A DNA stretch of 64,000 nt, from positions 1-64,000 of the forward strand of contig OZ076414.1 in NCBI GenBank assembly GCA_964187785.1. Reading direction: 5' to 3'. Every line of letters begins with the position of its first letter. The first letter of the stretch is position 1. The notes below the pieces were generated by a model that had not been told where the DNA came from, did not search any database, and saw only the letters and a program-made list of their open reading frames with translations. Made by a program: the position numbers and the translations under genes. Source of the stretch: Amphiscolops sp. MND2022 (taxonomy: Eukaryota). Positions 1-10,986 of the stretch are shown here, piece by piece.

Positions 1-761
1 TGGTTCCTCACCGACAGATTCCTACGAATCCCAAAAATCGGTTTTGTTCACGCGAAAAGCTTAACCATTCATTTTATTTCAGCCCTGCATCATAAATTGA
101 GGTTTCAAAATTCCTGATCACGTCTCCCTCACGGAATATCGGTTGAAATCATTTTTGTTCGACAGCTAAATTTCCAGTTTAGTCAAAGCAGAGGCGGAAA
201 AAGAAACGTCCAATTGAAATTCTACCGAAGATATACAAGATTCTACCTATATATATATATATGGTCTTTATAACAATTTTCAGTTGATCTTGCACTGTTA
301 AAATTTTCTGTCGTCAAAACATAAAAGCGAATTTTCTTTGAAGAATTCACTCAATCCAAAAACATGCTCTCTCTCTCTCAAACTAAAATGACAACTAGAC
401 GCCAAAAGAGAAAAGCAGTAGCTGAATTAGCCTCAGCTAATCTAGAGACTCCTATAACCAGGGATAACCAACCTGAAAATCTTGTTGCTGGAACGAGTGA
501 ATCCCCTGAGATACAACCTGAAAACTTAGATGAGGTTAAATTATCGCTTAGAAAGAGATCATGTCTGACTTAACATAAATCTTAGCTGAAGGCTCGAAAA
601 AAGGCTAAAACTGACTGAACCAGCTACTGAGAAGTTAATTAACCTACCTGAAACTGAACATACTGATTCTGAGACTGAAAACTTTCCTCCAACGGTGATC
701 TCAACGCTTATGAAAACTAACACGACTACCACTAAAATGACACCGGTGAATAGTCGTAACA
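1..761 (+). mobile_element. Probable 3' end of a long LTR (3' or solo LTR) of a Gypsy family whose gag begins inside the LTR
   Basis: Frameshifted ORF MTTRRQKRKAVAEL... (from 388) resembles the LTR-encoded gag start MPTTRKQKKARK of the element at 23617-42376. It runs to ...AATAGTCGTAACA (761), a CA terminus with no TGG primer-binding site after it. Confidence 0.45.
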
Positions 762-1133
762 AAATCTGCCAGGTTATTGCATCCACTTTCAAAATCTTGC
801 AAGAATGTCTGCCGGAAACTTGTGCTTTTTCCCAACCAGGGTCTACACCAAACTACATAAACTTAACTTGGCCAATGTGCCAAATTTGGCACATTTATTT
901 TCTCTAATTCTAAACGCACTAGCTGATTCTATGGTAAAGCAAACTCCTGAATAAGATTTTCAGACAATATTGCATAGCATTTGGCGCCTTTTAACGGAAT
1001 ATTGACGTGATGTCTCCGAAATCCAAAAAATGAGACAAAAAATTCAAAAAAAATAACTGCAGATTTTCCATGTTCCCAGTTTTCGTTTCTGGCCCTTTTA
1101 ACCCACTGGTGTAAAAACTGGGTCAAGGCGGCC

Positions 1134-2372
1134 TCAGAAAGTTTTGAAACATGCTGAAAAGCAAGCAGAGACACGACGCGTGCAAAGTTTCGGCGCAAAG
1201 TCCGGAGCCAGTGCGGCGAAGCTGCACGCTAGCGGAGGACTTTGTGCAAAAAATTTTGCAGTGGACAATTTATTCAACCCATTGAAAGCTGGAACTAAAT
1301 TCTTCTGAAGTTTCCAGAAGTATGTACTTGCTCTGTAGTCAAAGAGTAATCTGACAGGGAAAATTTGGTGTTTGAGTTTTAGGTCACTTGGAGATTCGTG
1401 TTTGTTTCTGTTACAGCAAGCTTTAATGCCCCAGCTTATTGATTTTCGAGCGTGGTTATTAGATTTTGTGAAATTCCGTTCAGTAACAGTACTGGATATT
1501 GTAGGTGACTGATGACCAGAGCGTTTAGTAGTGATAAACATATTTTTTTCGGGTAGTAATTCTCTGACACAGTAAAGAGTTTTGATACCACAAGCCCATT
1601 TTTTCAGCAGGTGTTTCACTTCTAGTTCATATGTGAGGTTTTGATCCAAGTAAACTCCAAGATATTTGACAATAGTTCTGTGCTCAATGAGGTGATCAAT
1701 TTGAGTTTTTTGTCAAACCGTTTGTGGATTTTCGGCAGTAAACGATAAATTCAGTTTTTTTGTCGTTGAGGTTAAGACGATGTCTATGGAAAAAATCAAC
1801 TAAGCATTTTGCGTTTTTTTCTAACAGATTAATCGCATCTTCAATTTTCTTGCCACTCACAAATATAAAAGTATCGTCAGCATACTGTACTAGTTTGCAT
1901 GGCTTACTAACACTGTATCGCATACTATTCATGTTTATATTAAACAAAAGGGTACCTAAGATGGTGCCCTGTGGAACACCTTGGTATAATTCAATCCTGT
2001 CAGAACATGTAGTTTCGAGTACAACTTTCTGCAACCGTTGTTTTAAGAAACTCCGAATCATCGCAATAGGATTTTCGGTAAAATTTAGGTTGTGAAGTTT
2101 TTGTAAAAGGATTTCGTGGGAGATCGAATCAAATGCTTTTGAGAGATCTAAGAAGGCTGCGGCAACAACGTTTTTGTTATCAATATCAAACCGAATTTTC
2201 TCTGTGGCAGAAAGGAGAGCAACCGCAGTGGAAAAGTTTGCTCTGAAACCAAATTGATGTGGACTCAGTAGTTTGGTGTCATCCAAAAATTCGACGATTT
2301 GGTTTTGTATAACTTTTTCAAAGACCTTTGATAGAACAGAGGTTTTTGATATGGGCCGGTAATTAATATCCA
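1134..2372 (-). pseudogene. 5'-truncated non-LTR (LINE, CR1/L2/Jockey-like) reverse transcriptase, frameshifted
   Basis: Motifs NYRPIS..SVLSKVFEKVI, QFGFR, FLDLSKAFDSI, GVPQGTILG and QYADDT in ORF 1696-2562; the C-terminal part continues in ORF 1134-1649 after a frameshift. Confidence 0.9.
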
Positions 2373-2513
2373 TGATAGGTATCACTAATATCACTAATAT
2401 CAATGAGAATTTTGATTCATTTTTTAGAATGTGGGAGAGGTGAAAAAGAGCCAGTCTTCTTGGTAGCCAGAGAAGATGGGATAACCCAAAAGCTGCGTGG
2501 AAGTTGTGACAAT

Positions 2514-2567
2514 AGTAGTAAAAGTACGTGGCATTATCGTTCAGAGTAAAGTGAGTAACCAAATATG
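2514..2567 (+). repeat. Left terminal inverted repeat of the Polinton (54 bp)
   Basis: Exact reverse complement of 20574-20627; begins with the AGTAGT trinucleotide repeat typical of protein-primed termini. Confidence 0.97.
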
Positions 2568-2587
2568 ATCATAAGGCCGACTCCAAA

Positions 2588-2680
2588 TGACGTCATGATT
2601 GCGACACAATGACATAACCGAATGCAAAAACATTTAGAATAACGTCACCAATCATAACATTTCATTGGTTGACGAAAAAG
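2588..2680. promoter_or_regulatory. CRE/ATF palindrome and CCAAT boxes just inside the left TIR
   Basis: TGACGTCA at 2588-2595 (within ATGACGTCAT), followed by CCAAT and ATTGG motifs; function inferred only. Confidence 0.35.
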
Positions 2681-2987
2681 AGCGACTAACAAAAGTGGAA
2701 TGGTTTTTTCCATTTAGCAAAGCAAAAACTGAGTCTAAAAGTAGTTAGTTTGCTGGGTGATAAAGTAGTACTTTGCACAAATCCTAATTATCTTGCCTTC
2801 TTCCTTCTAGTGGGATCTGTTGTTATCCAAGTTTGAGCCTCAGCATATCCTCAAAATTCTTTCCTAGTATTTGTGCAAGGGCTACTTTTTGGCAAAAAAA
2901 ACACTGATGGTTCAAAGCGAAAAGTGTAAATTATCTACATTTGTGTTTTCGTGAATAAAACTTGTTTGAGATTAAAGCACAAGATTA

Positions 2988-3194
2988 ATGGATTTTGAAA
3001 ATTTGAGCAATGAGTCTGACAGTCTTGCAACAGACAGCGGTTATGATTCAATGGTTTCATTTGACGAAGATGATGATGGTCTTATGCATCTCAACGTTGA
3101 GGTTGTAGAACTGTTTGAACGCTTGTTGTCATGGCTGGATCAGGTTCAACAAATTGACGACATTTTGCAAGACTGGATGATTGATGATGAGTAG
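2988..3194 (+). CDS. Small acidic Polinton protein (68 aa) with a DSGxxS motif
   Basis: ATG-initiated ORF, very D/E-rich, contains TDSGYDS. Confidence 0.6.
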   Translation: MDFENLSNESDSLATDSGYDSMVSFDEDDDGLMHLNVEVVELFERLLSWLDQVQQIDDILQDWMIDDE

Positions 3195-3296
3195 TATGTA
3201 TGATGATTTCGAAGAATCTGGAAAAGAAATAAAGTTATCATCAATTCTGGCTGAAAGACAAGAAAACCAAACTTTGAAGACTCTTTTAACCTTTTT

Positions 3297-4120
3297 TCAC
3301 GAATCTGACGGACTTTTTCTTTTCCGAGACGCTACTTCAAACTGTTGTGCAAGCGTTTTTGCAGTTTTCAAGTCTTCCATTGTTAGCAAGGGCTCTCCCG
3401 ACGAGTCAACCAGGTCAGGAAATAATTCAGCAAACGTGCAAGTTTTGCTTTGCGTTTTCTAAATAAAAGTAAAAGCTTTACAAACATTCGTGAATTGAAT
3501 ACTCACAGAGGACAAAAGTCAGCTACCATCACTTGTACCTCTAAATCTGAGGTTGTAGCTTTTGAAACTTTGTCTTCGAGCAGTTCCACTTTTTTCAGCA
3601 ATTCAAGCTCCTCCATGTTCAAATTATCAGTGTTCTAAAGCAAAATTAACCTTGTCCATGTCAGAGACTTTTACAGCAAGAAAAAGCAAAGATTACCTTT
3701 AAACTTTGTTCAAGATAGCTACTTGTGGATGGCTTGTTGTTACCATCAGCTTTATCATCCTCAAAGTACCATGCGACCTTGTTTTTATCATCCTCTATGA
3801 ACAATTTCTCCAAAAGGTTCCTTTCTGATTCATCAACTTGGTATTCCGCAGCATCGTCCGGAAACAACACTTTATTTTGTTTGTTACTTTTAGGGGCAGT
3901 ATTTTTTTGACTACCTGTGCTGTCATCACCAAGAGGTGTGTCTGAAACATCATTAATACAAACTCGCAATTGGACTATATTTCACCTCTGGTTGGATTAT
4001 GTTTAAATGTTTACCTAAACCAATAATTACTTGTCTCGTCCTCTTCTTCTCTTTGCGAAAAACAGTAGGAGGAACAGTTGTATTTTTTCGAGTCGGTGGT
4101 GTCCATTCATTGTTAACCAT
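3297..4120 (-). CDS. Predicted 4-exon orphan Polinton gene (202 aa): exons 4120-4015, 3941-3697, 3634-3539, 3458-3297
   Basis: Three GT-AG introns of 73, 62 and 80 nt join the fragments into one stop-free frame ending ...ASRKRKSPSDS*. The donor of intron 3 has an alternative in-phase position. Confidence 0.65.
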
Positions 4121-4212
4121 TTCTGAAAAGTTGATGAGCTTTCGTCGAAACTGAAAGAAAAAAAACAAATATATTCAAACAAGTTTTATAGAGAAAAAAC
4201 TTCAGAGTTATG

Positions 4213-7200
4213 TTATACATTTATTGGGGATGTTGTAACACCATCAGCATGCACAAATCGTTTGTAATAAAAATATGTTATAGACATTTTGTTTTGTTTA
4301 TATGTGAACATGTTTCCTCGGTAGTAGCGAAATCCCTTGTTAGTTCCTTCGTAGGGCACTTTGTTGAACAAGACAGATTTAAATCTTTCCAATGGCGACT
4401 CTAGATTTTTGTTGCTTCCCTTGAGAGCCATTTTCATCTTTTTGTTGTTTTCGTTAAATGCACAGTAGGTTTTGCTGTTGAGACAAATCATTTCCGTTCC
4501 TTTCCATTCAATTTTGAAAAGTCCAGGTGTCCTTTTATCCATTGCACCGTGTTCTTTACAGCAGCTTCGTGTTAGAAAATTCAGTTGAGCATTTGGTAGA
4601 TAGCAATCTTCTTCTTCATGATAATGCTTTGCATTTTCTTGCATTTGTGTCTTTGCAGCCTCAGTGAAACAATCGTAGAGGTCGTTTTCTGTCAAAGCCA
4701 TGTAGAAAGAGTCTGTGTCCATCTCTATAGCCCGAAAAGACCTTGGTCGCATAATTCTGCCGAGAAAGTCGTAACGAAACTCCAACATTCTTTGTTTTCC
4801 ATTGTTTAGTACTGTAAAACCAACGAGAATGGGTTCGTCGTGTACAATTTTTCTTTTAGCCATGTTAATTTCGTATATTTTTTCATCCACAATGTCATAG
4901 GTCCGGAATTTTGGAGAGTTGATTTTTTGATCAACTTTTCTTTCGTCAACAAAAAGCGTGTTTTGAAATTTTGATTTGTTTATAAGTTGAATGCCATATG
5001 CGCTGTTTCCAATAAGTTTGGATGTTTCTGCAATCACACTGAGCGACTTGTCTACATCTCCTCGACGCCTGTTTTCTGTTACAAAATCCAAAAAATCTTT
5101 GAAGGGTTGTGCTTTTTTGTAACAAAGAAACTGGTAGCATTTTGTAACAACCAAACCATGTTCCAAACACCACTTGATGTAGTCGGTAGTTAACATTATC
5201 TTTTCTCCAAAGTAGCTGGCGACAAGACATTTCCAACCGTTTTTCATCAAACCGAATTCTTTGGCATACTCTTGCATTTCCGCAGAAAGATGTTGCCTCT
5301 CGACAGTTGTATTTTTGAAGATGGGCGGAAGTTCTTTAAAGTGTTCCTTCAAGTGATCTGGAACGTGGATGTCAATTTCAGCTAATCCATAAACTTTTTC
5401 TTTCCAAACTGCATTGAGAAATGTCTCCAAAGTTGAAAACTTTTGTGGTAGACAATCAAGTTTTCTCACAAACTCTTTTATTTCCGGGTTTGTTTCTTTC
5501 AGCTGATTCCATTGACACTCCCATTGCTCAATCACACGATATCCTGCATTTAGAATAACTTCCTTACGCTCCTTGTCATTTTCACGTATTATCGCCGGTG
5601 TTTTTCCATGAATTAGAGGCGGCTGAAACATTTAGCAGTATGAAGCACTTCAAAAATAATGTATGATTCATTGTTTCAAAATTTAAATTTTGTCAACTAA
5701 CCAAACTCATACAGTCATGAGCGTGATAATAACATCCCATAAATTCCCAAACAGTTTTACAAGACACACAGATAGCATCGGGAACGAGTGTTCTAACTTG
5801 GTGGCGCAAATTTGTGAAACGACTGGTCACTGAACAACTTGGATTTTGGTCGTGATGATGTTTGGAGATAAAAGCAACATACTGTCGTTCGGCTTGTAAA
5901 AAATTACTTTTTTCGGAAACTAGAGCGTTGTCACTGTTGCAAACGTAATGAGTCAAAGGTCCAGTTGGCATGTTTCCACCAATAGCAGATAAATACAAAG
6001 CATTGGCATCATAACCAACTATTGACTTGACTTTTTCATCATTGATTGCAGTTTCATTAATTTTTTCGTAACGACTAAACACTATACTTGGTCCTCCAAC
6101 AATGTTGTTTCGAACGCTTTGATACAAATCCTTATGTTTATAATTGAACAAAAAAATTCCTTCGCCTTTGTTTGATCGATGTAAAATTTTGTTGGCGGCG
6201 CCACTGAGTGTTAGAGTTTCCTTCAGCAAGTCAATCGAGTGTTGTTGATAGAATTGGGACATTTTGGTCACAGCCTTGTGGAGGGGATAGACATCAAGGT
6301 TATTGTAATATTGTAAATAATCCATCATTGTTTGAAACCCTTCGTGGTCCCATGTTTGTTTAATGTCCTCATATACTTCCAAACCTGTCTTGGGTCTATT
6401 TGGATCGGTGAGGCTGCCTCCGTTCCGAACAAAACTGTTAATCTCGTTCTCCAAAACGTTTTCATTCTTCAGTGAGGAAAAGAATGCTTCGTAGGGTGGT
6501 AATGAAGGTTCTTGTAAAACTTCAAAACTGGTGAGATGTTCGTAAGGAAAGAAAAACTTGCTGACTTCGCTACCGTAGGCTTTCAAAAACTTGTCCAATG
6601 ATGTACCAGCTGCAACAAAATGACTACAGTCCATGAAGCGCAGGTTTGGTGTCGAAAGAAGTAGAAAGCGAGTATTTCGTTTAATACACTTGATAGACGA
6701 CAAGCTAACGAAACGCTGCAGAGACTTTAAAAGGTATGACTTTATCAAATTCAAATCGTAGAATCCACTATTGAAACCAACAATTGGTAGCTGGTCAATG
6801 TATTGTAAGAACTGTGTTCGTGTTCTTTTCAGGAATCTGTGCAATCTCTGCTGTGTGCTGGACACAGTAGTAGTAGCGGTAGTGGTTTCGTTTAGAGCAG
6901 CTTCTTCATCATCTGAGTGTGTGTTCTCTCCCATGGTGGTGTCATCTGGTTCAAAATCTAATAACATTTCATCAATTTTTTCTAGATAGGGTAAAAATTT
7001 TTGTCGCTGGTGAGAGATATTTTTGAGGGACAAGTCCATTAAATAGTCTACAAACTTGTCTACCAAAACGTTAGGGTCTTTCTCGACTAGCCACTTTGCA
7101 GCCGATTCGTCTGTTGTAATGTTTTGATATACTGCAACCGATACGGGAATATGTTGGTGAGTAAACTCCAATTTTTTCGTCTTGATGAAACAATCATCTT

Positions 7201-8695
7201 GGTTTGTATCAAATCCATTTGTTTGCTGTTGTGATGATGACTTTTGTCTCAAAATGGATTCAAAATCAAAAGTAACAAAAGACTTGTAGAATCTATGCTC
7301 ATGCGGAACACAAACATCAAACACGGTCTCTAGCGTCGTGAAAAAAGTGTCAGTGGGCGTGTATTTCCCACCTGGATAGGAGTGATCTGACTTTTCCGAG
7401 CATGACTTTAGATGGCGATTCAATTCAAATAGTCGTGAAAAGTACTGTTCACACTTGATGCACTTGAATCGTCGAAAAAATACGTTTAAATTTCGGATTA
7501 GACAAGTGTGATTATCGACTAGAAGCAGATCAACAAAGTTGGATTGCATGTCCATTTCCAACGACTTACTTCGGTATAACAATTCACCTTGTACTACATT
7601 ATTTACATCAAGTTCGGCTGAAAACACTCGGATGGCGCAAGAACAAAACTTTTCAACGTCTGGCAGGTCCGTCAACTCAATACCGGTAAAATCTTGAACG
7701 TTCTTTTGCACTCCGCGGATGTACATTTGAAAGAGCTCCATTGTTTTAGATTCCAATCCATGCATGGAGTTTTGTTGGAAGGCAGCCAAGGCACGAAATA
7801 CGCAAAGATTATCATTAAGCCTTCCGTTTGTAGATTTGTTGTAGGTAAGCGTCCACACACTCCTTGCGGATTTAATGAAATCCGGAATATCTATTACATC
7901 TTGATCGGTGCTGCCCATTGGCAGGCGTGACAAGTGTGTGGCATGTAGAGAGACGTTGGTTAAACAGAAGAAAGTCCATTTTGTGCTGTCGCGAAAGTTT
8001 GTAAAATTCTCGATGAAGTCAGTGCTGAAAATGTCTTGTTTTAACAGTTTGAATTGTTCAAAGTTCTCTACCAGCCTTGGTTTGGGTAGGACTGTTGTAT
8101 TGTCACTTGAGTAATAGTACCGATATTCGCCAGTTTCGTTGTTTGAGAGAATGTATCCAAAACTGACATTCATTTTGGATACCCTAGTTATTTTTGCAAA
8201 AGCTTCATCGAGTACATTACAAATATTATCAATCCCTTCATCCTTCAAAAGAAAATTGACAGTTGTTTGGTGGGGTAGCAAAACAATTTGATCTCCCATA
8301 ATATGTCTCTTTCTACGAACAAGTTCTTTCAGTGATTCATCGTCCCCAAATTGGGCATCGTTCAGTTGAGAATTTGGTGATTTTAACATTTCATGTTCGG
8401 TATGTGTATGTTGTTGCAACTTGAGCATTGTTGCAAAGGTTGAATCACAGTAGCCGCATTTGAAGTTTTTCTTTTTCACATGCTTCAGAGATTTATGAGT
8501 GTTGAGGTCTTGGCTACTTTTTGCAATGTAGTTGCACTGTCCACAGTGTAAATCATCCTTGTCATGTGTCTTTTCATGTCGGTTTCGATTGTATTTGCGC
8601 GAAAACTCTTTTCCACATTTACTGCAAACAAAAGTTACAACAGATTGCTGAGAAGTTGAAGGAGTTGCTGTAGTTGCGCCATCAGACGACTGCAT
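4213..8695 (-). CDS. pPolB: Protein-primed family B DNA polymerase with N-terminal C2H2 fingers, split by a 79-nt intron (5701-5623)
   Basis: ExoI FDFES, ExoII FNSGFYD, ExoIII YNNLD; polymerase motifs A YDANALY, B KLIGNSAYG and C MDTDS. ORFs 5693-8788 and 4213-5631 are out of frame but join in phase 0 through GTTAGT...TGTTTCAG. First ATG is at 8695. Confidence 0.95.
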
Positions 8696-8882
8696 CGTGA
8701 TGAATAAGGAGCAGCAGCACTTGCCGTCGTTCTTTCGGGAGAAATTCAATCTAAACAAGTGTCTGTTTGTTACTACAAATTCAAACAATTTTCAAAGTTT
8801 TCTGGTAACTCCTGAATTTGCTGTGGGTAAACATCAGACAAACAAGTTTTGTAACAAAAATAAGCAGTGCAAATATCACATC

Positions 8883-9284
8883 ATGCTTTATGGTTTTGAC
8901 GATATACAAAAAAAGTTGATGCATTTGAATTATGATTTTGAAAATGTAAATTGTCCCTACAGTTATTTCAAATTCTTTATTATTCTTTCGGAAAAAGTTG
9001 TTTGTATTCATGGAAACTTCCTGATGGAACCTTTGTTATTGGCTACCAGACACAATCGTATACATCGAAGCAAAGAATGTGTCACGAGTCTACTTTGGAG
9101 ACGGATTGGTCGGAAAAAAAGGAGACGACACTCACCAGCAACAACCAACAGAGGTCCACAACACACTATAGCGTCGCTGATGAATATTGTTCAAATGCAG
9201 ATTGTTGTCGTGAGTAGTCTATTGGAATTTTTGCAACAGAATTCTTCATCTGAAATTTCCACCAACACCACAATAACCGAGTAA
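8883..9284 (+). CDS. Hypothetical Polinton protein (~133 aa)
   Basis: ATG at 8883 within ORF 8697-9284; first ORF of the + strand gene array; no recognisable motif. Confidence 0.4.
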   Translation: MLYGFDDIQKKLMHLNYDFENVNCPYSYFKFFIILSEKVVCIHGNFLMEPLLLATRHNRIHRSKECVTSLLWRRIGRKKRRRHSPATTNRGPQHTIASLMNIVQMQIVVVSSLLEFLQQNSSSEISTNTTITE

Positions 9285-9397
9285 TTTTCCTTTGCAAGCC
9301 TACCTTGCCAATTCAAATCATTACCTTTGTTCACTACCTACAGTTCAGTTGTTATTTGCTGATTCAAAAAATTTTGACAAAATAAAAAATTTTCATC

Positions 9398-10027
9398 ATG
9401 GCATCAACTGCTGTCATCAACCCTGTTGATTGTAAAGTGTTGAAATGTTTTAAAGTTGAAGTTAGTACAAAACGTTACCTTTTAATTACCGTTAAAACCT
9501 ATCCGTCTTCTTCAGAAAGCTACACAAGTATTCAACTGTTCAAGTTAGATGAAGAGACAAAGGAATACACACCACAAAAATATTTGACTCTCAAGTTTCA
9601 AGAATTAAACAAAATTCCTTGGGACGACGTTTACACCAACGTTGTCAATGTCTTCGACTTCTCACTAGACGTTCGCATGCCCTACCACAAGAATGATATG
9701 GACTATTTTGACTTCATCTTTGATATTCAAGACTTTATCTCAAACAAATCGAGAGTCGTCAGAGTAGCTTCCAAGCGTTATCCTCAAGCTACCTACTTGT
9801 ACTTAAAACTGTTTATTCAACATCAAAAGCGCTGGAAAATGCAACAAACAATAGACATTTCTTGGATGGAGCTATCTCATTTATTGAACGTTGTCAAAGA
9901 GATTCAGAGCTACCCAAATGGAATACCTAAAGAAGGAAGTCCAATCACAGAGACTGGCTTATTTCGTCCAATCGCAACATTGACTAACCCAGAAATCACC
10001 AGCAGCGTCAATAGCAACAGCCATTAA
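9398..10027 (+). CDS. Protein with two tandem PC4-like (ssDNA-binding) repeats
   Basis: Internal duplication: KRYLLITVKTY..YTSIQLFK..LTLKFQELNKI versus KSRVVRVASKRY..YLYLKLF..IDISWMELSHL, resembling the PC4 strand-strand-strand-helix pattern. Confidence 0.55.
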   Translation: MASTAVINPVDCKVLKCFKVEVSTKRYLLITVKTYPSSSESYTSIQLFKLDEETKEYTPQKYLTLKFQELNKIPWDDVYTNVVNVFDFSLDVRMPYHKNDMDYFDFIFDIQDFISNKSRVVRVASKRYPQATYLYLKLFIQHQKRWKMQQTIDISWMELSHLLNVVKEIQSYPNGIPKEGSPITETGLFRPIATLTNPEITSSVNSNSH

Positions 10028-10087
10028 CAAATTTTTTGAGTGCTTCATTACCTCTTTTACTCTTACAGAATTTGGTTGCTTGCTAGC

Positions 10088-10693
10088 ATGATGGCTGATT
10101 TCAACTACATTATCACGTTTGTATTGGATGTGGAGTTTTTAGAAGTTGACGTAGTTAAAGAAATTAGTGTAACCACACCGTATCACTCTGTATCTTTATC
10201 ATTCAAACCTCCCAGACCATGGAAAGATCTAACCCGTGAAGAACAACTGGAATACAACAACAATAACAACACTCTCAATGTTCCGTGGGATGAAGGCGCT
10301 ATTGACTATAAGGAACTGAGGAACGCTGTATACACCCTCATTCCACCAGGAGTCATGAAGTATGCAAAAGGAGTGCAAAAGTGTGACTTTTTCTCTCGTT
10401 TTTTCCTTTTCAAAATTCACAATTTGGAAGACATGGGCTGCCCCGACGCCTCTGCAATCCAACATTTGATAAATAATACGGAGAACAACAACGACGACGA
10501 CGACGACAAGGAGAACAGGCCATTGTGTCCCAATTTTCCCAAATATCCCAATCATTATGAAAAATGTGCGGCCATCAATAGTAAGCTTTATCTCAAGTGG
10601 TTAGCCAATAAAATTAAAGAAGACCCTGCTGCTGCAGAAATGGCGCGAAAGACTTCCCCGCTGCGCAACAATGCAACACTCACACTCATGTAA
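10088..10693 (+). CDS. Putative DEDD/DnaQ-like nuclease (Polinton accessory gene)
   Basis: VLDVEF acidic motif, FKPP.PW, YAKG..K, NLEDMGCP, and C-terminal C..H..CA..N. Confidence 0.5.
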   Translation: MMADFNYIITFVLDVEFLEVDVVKEISVTTPYHSVSLSFKPPRPWKDLTREEQLEYNNNNNTLNVPWDEGAIDYKELRNAVYTLIPPGVMKYAKGVQKCDFFSRFFLFKIHNLEDMGCPDASAIQHLINNTENNNDDDDDKENRPLCPNFPKYPNHYEKCAAINSKLYLKWLANKIKEDPAAAEMARKTSPLRNNATLTLM

Positions 10694-10722
10694 TTATCAT
10701 CATCATTTGTTAAATTTGCAGC

Positions 10723-10986
10723 ATGACTGATCAGCCGGATCTTGCAGTGCAAGAGTTCGTTTTTGATGAGAATAACCAAGAACGCAAGCCTTGGACAATT
10801 TGCGGCAAGCCTATTCCACGGTCCGAAATTGTCTTTTTCAGTCAATTACTTGTCATTCTTATGGTTATCTCATTTTGCATTTTCAAACTTTCTGTATCAT
10901 CTTCAAACGATAAAGACAAGCCGGTTTGGATTGCCTTGCTGGCCAGTGCACTGGGATCTATTCTACCCCATCCGACACTGAAATGA
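10723..10986 (+). CDS. Small two-helix membrane protein
   Basis: Two hydrophobic segments (IVFFSQLLVILMVISFCIFKL; VWIALLASALGSILP); resembles small membrane proteins of Polinton-like viruses. Confidence 0.7.
   Translation: MTDQPDLAVQEFVFDENNQERKPWTICGKPIPRSEIVFFSQLLVILMVISFCIFKLSVSSSNDKDKPVWIALLASALGSILPHPTLK

Noticed and set aside
2373-2562. N-terminal ~50 aa of ORF 1696-2562 as part of the reverse transcriptase, or as a Polinton-LINE fusion
   Set aside because: This part reads through the Polinton TIR, the TSD and unrelated flank; RT similarity starts only at NYRPIS.
4213-8788. pPolB as a frameshifted pseudogene or as two separate genes
   Set aside because: A canonical phase-0 GT-AG intron joins the two ORFs exactly; this remains a prediction until RNA evidence is available.
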